From Vicinamibacteria bacterium (GTDB lineage Bacteria > Acidobacteriota > Vicinamibacteria > Fen-336), in assembly GCA_050246895.1 (NCBI GenBank), contig JBFWVE010000006.1:251770-315769 (forward strand): a stretch of DNA of 64,000 nucleotides. Reading direction: 5' to 3'. The position numbers and the translations under genes were made by a program. Numbering within the stretch: the first letter of the stretch is position 1; each line of letters starts with the position of its first letter. The notes under the pieces are model-generated. The model worked only from the letters and a program-made list of their open reading frames with translations. It was not told where the DNA came from and made no database searches. Positions 26,083 through 33,056 of this stretch are shown piece by piece.

Positions 26083-27704
26083 CGAGCGAGCGCCCGACCG
26101 CGACCCCGGCGGCAGGCGCGCTCGTCCGCATCCTGCTCGCCTGCCCCCATTGCGGGGCTCCCTTCAGCGTCGACGACGAGACGCGCAGCGTCCTGTGCGA
26201 GCACTGCGCCTCGCGCCTGCTGCTCGAGGCGCCGGAGCGCGAGGAGATCTACGTCGTCGACGGGCAGGTCGAGCGGCCCGCGGACCTGCTCGAGATCCTG
26301 GTCGAGTACCGCGTGCAGGCGCAGCGCGCCGAGATCATCCACCGCAACCGCGACTCCGAGGGCAACCCGCCGTCCGAGCTGCTGATCGAGCGGGAGCTGC
26401 GCGCCTACGAGACGAAGCTGCGCCAGCAGGCGCGCCTCATCGCCACGCGGCCGCTGCACGTCCCCTACTGGCACCTGACGGGCGCCATCGTGCAGGGTCT
26501 GCTGGCGCGCCGGAAGGACGCCAAGCTGACGCACGTGCGGGCCTTCGCGCTGGAGCACACCGTGCCCGGCTACTCGACGCTGAAGGCCAACCTGCGGGAC
26601 AAGGGGCTGCGCATGGACCGCGCGCTGGCGCGGCCGCTCTCGTCGGCGCTGGTGAAGGAGCGCGGCTCGTTCCTGCCCTGGGTGGAGCTGCCGGAGCAGC
26701 AGTCGCGCGAGATCGACAAGTGGCTGCAGCGCGACCTCGACCCCGACGTCGAGCCGATGTTCAAGCACGGCGAGCTGCTCTACGCGCGGCGGCTGCTGAT
26801 CTACCGGCCCTACTGGCTGGCGAAGGCAATCACCGACAAGGGGCAGGAGTGGCTGCTCTTCGACGGCTGCTTCCGCACGATCGCCGGCTACCCGACCGAG
26901 CCCGAAGCGCGCGCGCTCGGGGCGCTGCGGGACCCCGATCCGCTGCGCGCGGCGAGCGCGCCCTATCGGCGGGTCCGCGTCGTGCCTTCGCGCTGTCCCG
27001 ATTGCGGCGCCGAGTCGCGCTTCGAGCCGACGGCCGTCGTCAGCGTGTGCCCGAACTGCAACCTGGGCCTCGAGCTGACGCCCGCGGGCGCCCGCGTCGT
27101 TCCCTACGACCACGGCGCCGGCGGCGAGCTCGACGCCGACTACCTCCCGTTCTGGCGCTACGAGATCGAGGCGCGCTTCCCCGACGGCAAGCGCGCGGGC
27201 GCGCTGCAGGAGTACGTGCGCGCGCTGCTGCCGCAGGCGACGCCCGGCTTCGCCGTGAAGGGGCCCCATCTCTACCTGCCCGCCGCGCGCCTGCTGGGGA
27301 CGGCGCCGGGCGACGCCGTCTGGAAGGCGCTCGTCGAGTGGGTCCACGCCGAGCCGCCCGGGATCGTGCCCGGCAAGATCCCGCTCGGCGGCCGCGCGCG
27401 GCCCTGGCCCGTGAGCGTGACGGAGGAGGACGCGCGAGCGACGGCGCGCTTCGCCCTGTTCGGCCTGTTCACGAGGGCCGCCGCGGCCCGCCTGAACGCG
27501 ATCGCGGCCCGGCGCGCGCTGAAGGAGGTCGAGCTCGAGGTCCGGCAGCCGCGGCTGGTGATGCTGCCCTTCGTTCGCACGGGAGAGGAGCTGCAGGCAC
27601 GCGAGGGCGGGCCGCGGGTGGCGACGTTCCTGCTGCGCCGCAGCCCCGAGCTGAGCCAGATGAGGGCGACGGTGCAAGGAGCCTTCGCGGGGGCGGCGCG
27701 CTAG
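26079..27704 (+). CDS. Hypothetical protein with two zinc-ribbon-like CxxC...CxxC motifs, each heading a ~230-aa domain (internal duplication); translationally coupled to the M28 peptidase
   Basis: The GTG start overlaps the M28 stop (GTGA). The two halves begin CPHCGAPFSVDDETRSVLCEHC and CPDCGAESRFEPTAVVSVCPNCN. Later repeated motifs include HVPYWHLTGAI versus YLPFWRYEIEA. Confidence 0.6.
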   Translation: MTSERPTATPAAGALVRILLACPHCGAPFSVDDETRSVLCEHCASRLLLEAPEREEIYVVDGQVERPADLLEILVEYRVQAQRAEIIHRNRDSEGNPPSELLIERELRAYETKLRQQARLIATRPLHVPYWHLTGAIVQGLLARRKDAKLTHVRAFALEHTVPGYSTLKANLRDKGLRMDRALARPLSSALVKERGSFLPWVELPEQQSREIDKWLQRDLDPDVEPMFKHGELLYARRLLIYRPYWLAKAITDKGQEWLLFDGCFRTIAGYPTEPEARALGALRDPDPLRAASAPYRRVRVVPSRCPDCGAESRFEPTAVVSVCPNCNLGLELTPAGARVVPYDHGAGGELDADYLPFWRYEIEARFPDGKRAGALQEYVRALLPQATPGFAVKGPHLYLPAARLLGTAPGDAVWKALVEWVHAEPPGIVPGKIPLGGRARPWPVSVTEEDARATARFALFGLFTRAAAARLNAIAARRALKEVELEVRQPRLVMLPFVRTGEELQAREGGPRVATFLLRRSPELSQMRATVQGAFAGAAR

Positions 27705-27705
27705 G

Positions 27706-27775
27706 ACGGCACGGAGGCAGTCGGCTACGGACGTGAACGGGAACCGGGAACGGCAACGTGAACGAAAGGTGGACC
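27706..27775. repeat. Repeat-family copy (GTGAACG orientation)
   Basis: The sequence is gacggcacggaggcagTCGGCTACGGACGTGAACGGGAACcgggaacggcaacgtgaacg, directly after the stop of 26079..27704. Confidence 0.55.
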
Positions 27776-27810
27776 CAGGGCAGCAGCGTGGATCATGGAG
27801 TTCTGCGGCG

Positions 27811-28050
27811 GTGGACCGTGACTTCGAGCTCGTCGGGGAGATCCTGGAGATCGAGTCGATCGCGGCGGGTCGGGCCGTTCGGGACCGGCAGCGGCTCATC
27901 CGTTTGTACGGGAAGGGTCGTTGGCGCAAGATGAAGGGCATTGCTCGGATCCGTCTGCGTCTTGGAGGGGTCCGGTTGGCGGAACTGCACTGGTATGAAG
28001 CGCACGGCATCGGCCGGAAAGAGCTCAAAGCGAAGCGGTACCTCGACTAG
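27811..28050 (+). CDS. Small hypothetical protein (about 80 aa, start uncertain: GTG 27769 or 27811)
   Basis: The protein reads VDRDFELVGEILEIESIAAGRAVRDRQRLIRLYGKGRWRKMKGIARIRLRLGGVRLAELHWYEAHGIGRKELKAKRYLD, with mixed GC3 codon usage. The annotated 5' end of the track ORF lies inside the repeat and is likely spurious. Confidence 0.4.
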   Translation: MDRDFELVGEILEIESIAAGRAVRDRQRLIRLYGKGRWRKMKGIARIRLRLGGVRLAELHWYEAHGIGRKELKAKRYLD

Positions 28051-28078
28051 GCGCCCCAAGGGCCCCGAGAGGAGGTTC

Positions 28079-28282
28079 GTGGTCTGCGTCCGGAACTCGG
28101 GCTATGAAGCCTCGCTCGAGCAGAACAAGATCTACCTCGTGCTTCCCGACTTGGATGCAGAGCGGCACCAGCAGCTCCGCGTGGTCGACGAGAGCGGCGA
28201 GGATTATCTCTTCTCTGCTGACCGCTTCGTCGCGATCGACGTGCCAGCCGCCGTTCGCGACTCGCTCCTCAAGGCGTCTTAG
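28079..28282 (+). CDS. Small hypothetical protein (67 aa)
   Basis: [13 protein letters not shown] precedes the GTG start. The protein reads VVCVRNSGYEASLEQNKIYLVLPDLDAERHQQLRVVDESGEDYLFSADRFVAIDVPAAVRDSLLKAS. It lies 29 bp after the previous small gene, making a possible two-gene module. Confidence 0.45.
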   Translation: MVCVRNSGYEASLEQNKIYLVLPDLDAERHQQLRVVDESGEDYLFSADRFVAIDVPAAVRDSLLKAS

Positions 28283-28314
28283 TCCCCCGGGCCGGCGGTC
28301 AGTCGTCGGCGGAC

Positions 28315-28408
28315 GACGGCGGCGGTCGGCTACGGACGTGAACGTGAACGAGCAACGTGCACGTGAACGTCGGGAGGCGGCCTAACGGACGTGAACGGGA
28401 ACGTCAAC
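28315..28408. repeat. Repeat-family copy A, about 94 bp and identical to copy B
   Basis: The sequence is gacggcggcggtcggctacggacgtgaacgtgaacgagcaacgtgcacgtgaacgtcgggaggcggcctaacggacgtgaacgggaacgtcaac. It is preceded by the hairpin GTCGTCggcgGACGAC. Confidence 0.7.
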
Positions 28409-28423
28409 GACAACGAGGGCGGG

Positions 28424-28993
28424 ATGCCGCCCACGGTGCAGCTGGCGGGCGCGCGCCTGCGCGGGCTCCGGCCGGAGGACGCCGCGGCGTGGTACCACTA
28501 CTTGAGCGATCCTGTGGTGACCGAGCTGACGAGCTATCCGACGCTGACGTTCGCGGCGGTCGAGTCGATGGTCGAGCACTACCGCGAGGGCTACACGGCA
28601 GGCACGTCGTGCAAATGGGCGATCGCCGCCGGGCCCGACGACACGCTCGTCGGGACCTGTGGGTTCAACGAGTGGTCGCGGAGCCAAGGCTGGGCCGAGC
28701 TGGCCTACGAGCTGGCCGCTTCCCACTGGGGCCGTGGGCTCGCCACGGAAGCTGTTGGGGCCTGCCTGGCCTGGGCGTTCGAGCAGCCCCGGTTCAACCG
28801 GGTTCACGCGTTCGTGATGGTCGGCAACGTCCGCTCCGAGCGCGTTCTGCAACGTGCCCGTTTCACCCGAGAGGGTTGCCTCAGGTCGTACCGCACGTGC
28901 CGAGGACTGCCGCGGGACTTCTGGGTGTTCAGCCTTCTTCGCCCCGAATGGGAGAGTATGGACAACGACGGCGGCGGTCGGCTACGGACGTGA
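28424..28993 (+). CDS. GNAT-family N-acetyltransferase (RimJ/RimL-like)
   Basis: From Met12 of the track ORF: MPPTVQLAGARLRGLRPEDAAAWYHY.... The acetyl-CoA binding region is GTCGFNEWSRSQGWAELAYELAASHWGRGLATEAV. The last nine codons and the stop lie inside repeat copy B. Confidence 0.85.
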   Translation: MPPTVQLAGARLRGLRPEDAAAWYHYLSDPVVTELTSYPTLTFAAVESMVEHYREGYTAGTSCKWAIAAGPDDTLVGTCGFNEWSRSQGWAELAYELAASHWGRGLATEAVGACLAWAFEQPRFNRVHAFVMVGNVRSERVLQRARFTREGCLRSYRTCRGLPRDFWVFSLLRPEWESMDNDGGGRLRT

Positions 28994-29060
28994 ACGTGAA
29001 CGAGCAACGTGCACGTGAACGTCGGGAGGCGGCCTAACGGACGTGAACGGGAACGTCAAC
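28967..29060. repeat. Repeat-family copy B, a perfect direct repeat of copy A lying 652 bp downstream
   Basis: It is the same ~94-bp string as 28315-28408, with stop codons in all six frames. Confidence 0.7.
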
Positions 29061-29276
29061 CTGAACGACGAACGTGACGAACGGCCAGGTGAAGGTGGGG
29101 AGGATTCAGAGGCTCCCTTCGAGCTGCGTGAGATCGACGACGAGGCCGAGGGGGAACCACCGCGCGGCGAGGGGCTCGGCGCCGCCGGCCAGTTGATCGC
29201 GGCGCTGGGTATCTCTGCGGTACTGGGTCTCCTGATCGTCGGCGCACTCGCGGTGCTTTCATGGCTGTTCGCGTGA
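29043..29276 (+). CDS. Possible small membrane protein (acidic N-terminus, one C-terminal TM helix)
   Basis: The protein reads ...EAPFELREIDDEAEGEPPRGEGLGAAGQLIAALGISAVLGLLIVGALAVLSWLFA. The only in-frame start is the GTG inside the repeat, so support is weak. Confidence 0.25.
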   Translation: MNGNVNLNDERDERPGEGGEDSEAPFELREIDDEAEGEPPRGEGLGAAGQLIAALGISAVLGLLIVGALAVLSWLFA

Positions 29277-29311
29277 CTTGGCGCCGTACGTTCCGGAAGG
29301 CCTGAGCGGCC

Positions 29312-29668
29312 GTGCTCCTCCTGGTTCTCGGGTGTGTCGTGGCGCTCCAGGCGTGGGTGTGGCGCGATCTGTCCACCCGCGTCGAGTGCGGCGGGCTCAG
29401 CAAGATGGGCGCGGTGATCCGCTACGCCCTCTGGGCCCTGATGCCCCCGCTTCTCTTCGTCGTGGCCTTCCTGGTGGGCGTGGGGCTCGAGGAGTGGCTC
29501 GACGTGGCGCTGATCCCAGAGCTGCTGGGGCGGGCGGCGCTTCCCGTGGGAGTGTTTCTCGTTGGCTCTGCCGGGCTTGGCTCAATATGCTTCGGGGTCA
29601 GGTCGGTCTGGCTGGAGGCGCCGGCGGGACGGAGCCGACGTGAACGTGAACGAGGAACGTCCGGGTGA
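29312..29668 (+). CDS. Small integral membrane protein (3 predicted TM helices)
   Basis: The protein is VLLLVLGCVVALQAWVW...AVIRYALWALMPPLLFVVAFLVGVGL...LPVGVFLVGSAGLGSICF. The start is GTG, and the stop falls inside the next repeat copy. Confidence 0.45.
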   Translation: MLLLVLGCVVALQAWVWRDLSTRVECGGLSKMGAVIRYALWALMPPLLFVVAFLVGVGLEEWLDVALIPELLGRAALPVGVFLVGSAGLGSICFGVRSVWLEAPAGRSRRERERGTSG

Positions 29669-29675
29669 ACCGACT
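29636..29675. repeat. Short repeat-family copy
   Basis: The sequence is cgacgtgaacgtgaacgaggaacgtccgggtgaacc. Confidence 0.5.
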
Positions 29676-29710
29676 TCGGCTCGATCTCGACGCGGAACCG
29701 GAGAGTGCTC

Positions 29711-30400
29711 ATGCGCCATCGCGAAAGACACCGGACCGGCCGCGTTGGCTGGTTGCGCGCGGCGGTGCTGGGGGCGAACGACGGCATCGTGTCGACGGCG
29801 AGCCTCCTGGTCGGCGTTGCGGCGGCCGGGGCGACCAGCCACGACGTCGTGGTGGCGGGGGTCGCAGGGCTGGTCGCGGGGGCCATGTCCATGGCCGCGG
29901 GTGAATACGTCTCGGTCAGCTCCCAGGCAGACAGCGAGCGGGCCGACATCGAGCGCGAGCGCGGGGAGCTTGCGACGAACGAAGAGCACGAGCGGGAGGA
30001 GCTGGCGGCGATCTACGTCCAGCGCGGTCTGGATCCTCCGCTCGCGCAACAGGTCTCCGCGCAGCTCATGGCCCACGACGCGCTGGGCGCCCATGCTCGC
30101 GACGAGCTGGGCATCTCCGACACGCTCAGCGCGCGGCCCGTACAGGCGGCGCTGGCCTCCGCCGGTTCGTTCGCCGTGGGCGCGGCACTGCCGCTCCTGA
30201 CGGCTGTCGTCGCCGCCGGCGTCCCCGTCATCCCAGTCATCGCCGGAACCGCGCTGGTATTCCTCGCGCTCCTAGGCGGCTTGGCCGCGGTCGCCGGCGG
30301 TGCGAACGCCGTGGAGGGGGCTGTGCGCGTGACGTTCTGGGGTGCGCTTGCCATGGCGCTGACCGCGGGCGTCGGCGCCGTGTTCGCGACGGTCGTGTAG
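29711..30400 (+). CDS. VIT1/CCC1-family (vacuolar iron transporter-like) membrane protein
   Basis: From Met3 of the track ORF: MRHRERHRTGRVGWLRAAVLGANDGIVSTASLLVGVAAAG is the PF01988 signature. Hydrophobic C-terminal helices follow. A GGAGAG RBS precedes the start. Confidence 0.85.
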   Translation: MRHRERHRTGRVGWLRAAVLGANDGIVSTASLLVGVAAAGATSHDVVVAGVAGLVAGAMSMAAGEYVSVSSQADSERADIERERGELATNEEHEREELAAIYVQRGLDPPLAQQVSAQLMAHDALGAHARDELGISDTLSARPVQAALASAGSFAVGAALPLLTAVVAAGVPVIPVIAGTALVFLALLGGLAAVAGGANAVEGAVRVTFWGALAMALTAGVGAVFATVV

Positions 30401-30526
30401 GTTCGTTCGTTCACGTTCACGTGCGTCGTTCACGTTCACGTCCGTCCGAGCCGGGGAGCCTCAGGTCGACGGGAAGGCCACGGGCGTGAACGTCAACGAC
30501 CAACGTGAACGTGAAAGGCGGGCGGA
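30401..30526. repeat. Palindromic repeat-family copy: left arm (CGTTCAC)x4, ~37-bp spacer, right arm (GTGAACG)x3
   Basis: The left arm is gttcgttcgttcacgttcacgtgcgtcgttcacgttcacgtccg and the right arm is gggcgtgaacgtcaacgaccaacgtgaacgtgaaagg. The arms form an imperfect ~35-bp inverted repeat. Confidence 0.6.
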
Positions 30527-30534
30527 GGCGACGG

Positions 30535-30912
30535 GTGGTTGCGCTCGAGGCGTTCGAGGTGAAGGACGGGTACGCCGTCTTCAGGCCCGCTGGGCCGACG
30601 ACGGTCGAGCAGCTCCTGGTGATGCTCGAGCAGGCGATGAAGGCTTGCCAGGACGCGGGCGTGGCGAGACTCCTCGTGAACGTCTCGCGACTGAGACACC
30701 CGGACCTGACGACCAGCGACCGGTTTCACCTGGGCGACCGGATGGCGGCCTTCTGGGATCGGAGGATCCGGCTGGCAGTCGTTCCCAGGGAGGATCAGAT
30801 CGACCCCGAGCGGTTTGGCGCCTTCGTCGCGCAGAATCGCGGGTTGCGCGTAGGCCCCCACGCCGACGAAGCCGCGGCGTTGAGCTGGCTGATGTCGGAT
30901 TCGGAGCGCTGA
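30535..30912 (+). CDS. Hypothetical protein (125 aa), possibly STAS/anti-sigma-antagonist-like
   Basis: GGAGG lies 6 nt before the GTG start. The protein reads VVALEAFEVKDGYAVFRPAGPTTVEQLLVMLEQAMKACQDAGVARLLVNVSRLRHPDLTTSDRFHLGDRMAAFWDRRIRLAVVP.... The fold assignment is tentative. Confidence 0.45.
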   Translation: MVALEAFEVKDGYAVFRPAGPTTVEQLLVMLEQAMKACQDAGVARLLVNVSRLRHPDLTTSDRFHLGDRMAAFWDRRIRLAVVPREDQIDPERFGAFVAQNRGLRVGPHADEAAALSWLMSDSER

Positions 30913-30934
30913 GCTGCCTCCAGGCCAACCCTTC

Positions 30935-31075
30935 CACACGTTCACGTTCACGTGCGCCGTTTCACGTTCACGTCCGTCCAGGCCCGCGGGCCAACGGACG
31001 TACGGACGTACGGGCTGACGGGTCGGTGATACGGACGTGAACGTGAACGTCAACGAGAGCGTCAACGTGAATGCT
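30935..31075. repeat. Palindromic repeat-family copy: CGTTCAC arm, spacer with GGACGTAC x2, GTGAACG arm
   Basis: The sequence is cacgttcacgttcacgtgcgccgtttcacgttcacgtccgtcc...ccaacggacgtacggacgtacggg...gatacggacgtgaacgtgaacgtcaacgagagcgtcaacgtgaatg. Confidence 0.6.
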
Positions 31076-31105
31076 ACGGCCGGGCTGGGGTACATTCGGC
31101 TTCCA

Positions 31106-31957
31106 ATGCTCGAGGATTTCCACCTCCACACGCTGATCAGCGATGGGGAGCTGACGCCCACCGTGCTGCTCGCGCACGCGGCACGGCACGGGGTGCGGCG
31201 GGCCGCGATCACCGACCACGACAGCCTGGGGGCCTACCGCTGGGAGGAGGGCGCCGTCTTCAGCGAGGCGCGCCGGCTCGGGGTGGAGCTGACGGTGGGC
31301 ATCGAGATGGACGCCGACTGGGACGGCGTCGAGGTGCACGTGCTCGGGCTCGACGTGTCGCTCGACGACGGGCGGCTCAACCACCACCTCACGCGCGTGC
31401 GTGAGACGCGGCGCGAACGGGCCCGCCGCGAGATCGACGTCGTCTGCGGCCTGCTGGGCGCGGGCGCCGTGCGCGAAGCTGACGTCTTCGTGCCGGGCCG
31501 CGAGACCCTGATGAAGCCGCACTTCATCCGCCCGCTGCTCGCGCGCGGGTTCTTCGCGAGCTACGAGCTGGCCAACGCGTGGTACCACGCGAACGTGAAG
31601 ACCGGGATCGAGGTGCCGCGGCCGGACGTGGGCGAGGCGGTGCGGATCATCCACGAGGCCGGCGGCTGGGCATCGCTGGCGCACGCGGGCTACTACGAGC
31701 GCGACGGCCTCGCGGGAGTGCTGGAGCGGCTGCCCGATCTCGTGGCCGAGGGGCTCGACGCGGTGGAGCTCGAGTACCCCTACCACGCCTGCTCGCCGCA
31801 TCTGTTCGGGCTGGAGGACGAGCGCCGCTTCCTGGCGGCGCTGCGGGCGGCGGCGGCGTCCCTCGGACTGCGCTTCACCCGCGGCAGCGACGCGCACGCC
31901 GCGACCGACTTCGAGCGCAGCTATGGCGCCGGGTTCGCCAGCGTGTCCGCCCGCTGA
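31106..31957 (+). CDS. PHP-domain metal-dependent phosphoesterase (TrpH/YciV RNase AM-like)
   Basis: From Met24 of the track ORF: MLEDFHLHTLISDGELTP...AAITDHDSLGAY...KPHFIRPLLARGF...RGSDAHAA, the PHP His/Asp motifs. Confidence 0.8.
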   Translation: MLEDFHLHTLISDGELTPTVLLAHAARHGVRRAAITDHDSLGAYRWEEGAVFSEARRLGVELTVGIEMDADWDGVEVHVLGLDVSLDDGRLNHHLTRVRETRRERARREIDVVCGLLGAGAVREADVFVPGRETLMKPHFIRPLLARGFFASYELANAWYHANVKTGIEVPRPDVGEAVRIIHEAGGWASLAHAGYYERDGLAGVLERLPDLVAEGLDAVELEYPYHACSPHLFGLEDERRFLAALRAAAASLGLRFTRGSDAHAATDFERSYGAGFASVSAR

Positions 31958-32940
31958 TGCGCCGGGCACCAGTCGCCGGCCTGGCCTGCGCCGCCGCCGT
32001 CTGCCTCGCTCTCGTGCCGGCCTGCGCACCCAAGCCGCAGCCGGGCGGCGTGCGCCGCCTCTCGATCGCGGCGGGGCTGCTCGGCGGGGTCTACTCGGTC
32101 TACGGCGCCGCGATCGCTCGCGTCGTGGGAGCGGCCATCCCGGGCGTGGAGCTGACCGCGGAGACCACCTCGGGCTCGGTCGACAACCTGAAGCTGCTGC
32201 GCGACGGCAAGGCCGACCTGGCCTTCGCGCTGGCCGATAGCCTGCGCGACGCGCTCGACGGCCGCGCTCCGTTCGAGGACGGCCCCGTGAAGGCGGCGGC
32301 GCTGGCGGTGCTCTACACCAACCACACGCACGTGGTGGCCCTCGAGGGCGGCGGCGTCGCCTCGCTCGGCGACCTGCGCGGCAAGCAGGTGTCGCTGGGC
32401 GCGCCGGGCAGCGGCACCGAGACGATCGCGACGCGGCTGCTGATGGCTTCGGGCCTGGATCCGGAGCGTGACCTGAACCGGCAGGCGCTGGGCGTCGGCC
32501 CTGCCGTCGACGCGCTGAAGGACGGCAAGCTGGACGCTTTCTTCTGGAGCGGCGGCGTGCCGACCGCGGCGCTGCTCGAGCTGGCGGCGACGCCCGGGCG
32601 CAAGCTGCTGCTGGTGCCCAACGCGGGCGCGCTCGGCGTGCTGCGCGGCCGCTACGGGATGCTCTACTTCCCGGCCACGATTCCGGCGGCCGCCTATCCG
32701 GGGCTCGCGCAGGACGTGCCCGTCGTCGGCGTCTCGAACGTGCTGGTGGTGCGCGAAGACCTCGACCCCGAGCTCGCGTACCAGATCACCAAGGCGCTCT
32801 TCGAAGGCAAGCAGGCTTTGGTGGCGGCGCACCCCGAGGCCGAGCACCTCACGCTGCCGCAGGCGGCGGACGCCTCGCCCGCGCCGTTCCATCCGGGGGC
32901 GCAGCGCTACTTCCGGGAGCGCGGGGCCTGGCCTCGCTGA
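31957..32940 (+). CDS. TAXI-family TRAP transporter solute-binding protein (lipoprotein)
   Basis: MRRAPVAGLACAAAVCLALVPAC is a lipobox. The body reads ...GGVYSVYGAAIARVV...TTSGSVDNLKLLRDGKADLAFALAD...GVPTAALLEL. The ATG overlaps the PHP gene stop (TGATG). Confidence 0.85.
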   Translation: MRRAPVAGLACAAAVCLALVPACAPKPQPGGVRRLSIAAGLLGGVYSVYGAAIARVVGAAIPGVELTAETTSGSVDNLKLLRDGKADLAFALADSLRDALDGRAPFEDGPVKAAALAVLYTNHTHVVALEGGGVASLGDLRGKQVSLGAPGSGTETIATRLLMASGLDPERDLNRQALGVGPAVDALKDGKLDAFFWSGGVPTAALLELAATPGRKLLLVPNAGALGVLRGRYGMLYFPATIPAAAYPGLAQDVPVVGVSNVLVVREDLDPELAYQITKALFEGKQALVAAHPEAEHLTLPQAADASPAPFHPGAQRYFRERGAWPR

Positions 32941-33056
32941 GCGACTCGCGAGAGCTCGTCGCCGAGGCCGCCCCCGCCCGGAGGCTCGCCGGCGGCCCCG
33001 GGCGGGTCGCGTTCGCGCTGGCGCTGGCGCTGCCCCTGCTGGGCCTCGTCTGGGTC

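Noticed and set aside
28357-29037. Repeat regions as coding sequence (ORF-track proteins with MNGNVN/TDVNVNE peptides reading through the repeats)
   Set aside because: The 94-bp unit contains stop codons in all six reading frames. The 'MNGNVN' N-termini are GTG codons inside the repeat, and real genes have RBS-supported starts downstream.
27706-31075. Classical integron with canonical attC sites
   Set aside because: The repeats lack RYYYAAC/GTTRRRY core motifs (GTTCACG has pyrimidines where purines are required). No intI or attI is visible in the 64 kb. The cassette-like interpretation is therefore kept only as a hypothesis about a non-canonical system.
783-31075. CRISPR array
   Set aside because: The repeats are tandem hexamers and 17 to 94 bp units with variable spacing and no regular repeat-spacer periodicity. 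Unique spacers are replaced by whole genes. No cas genes are present.
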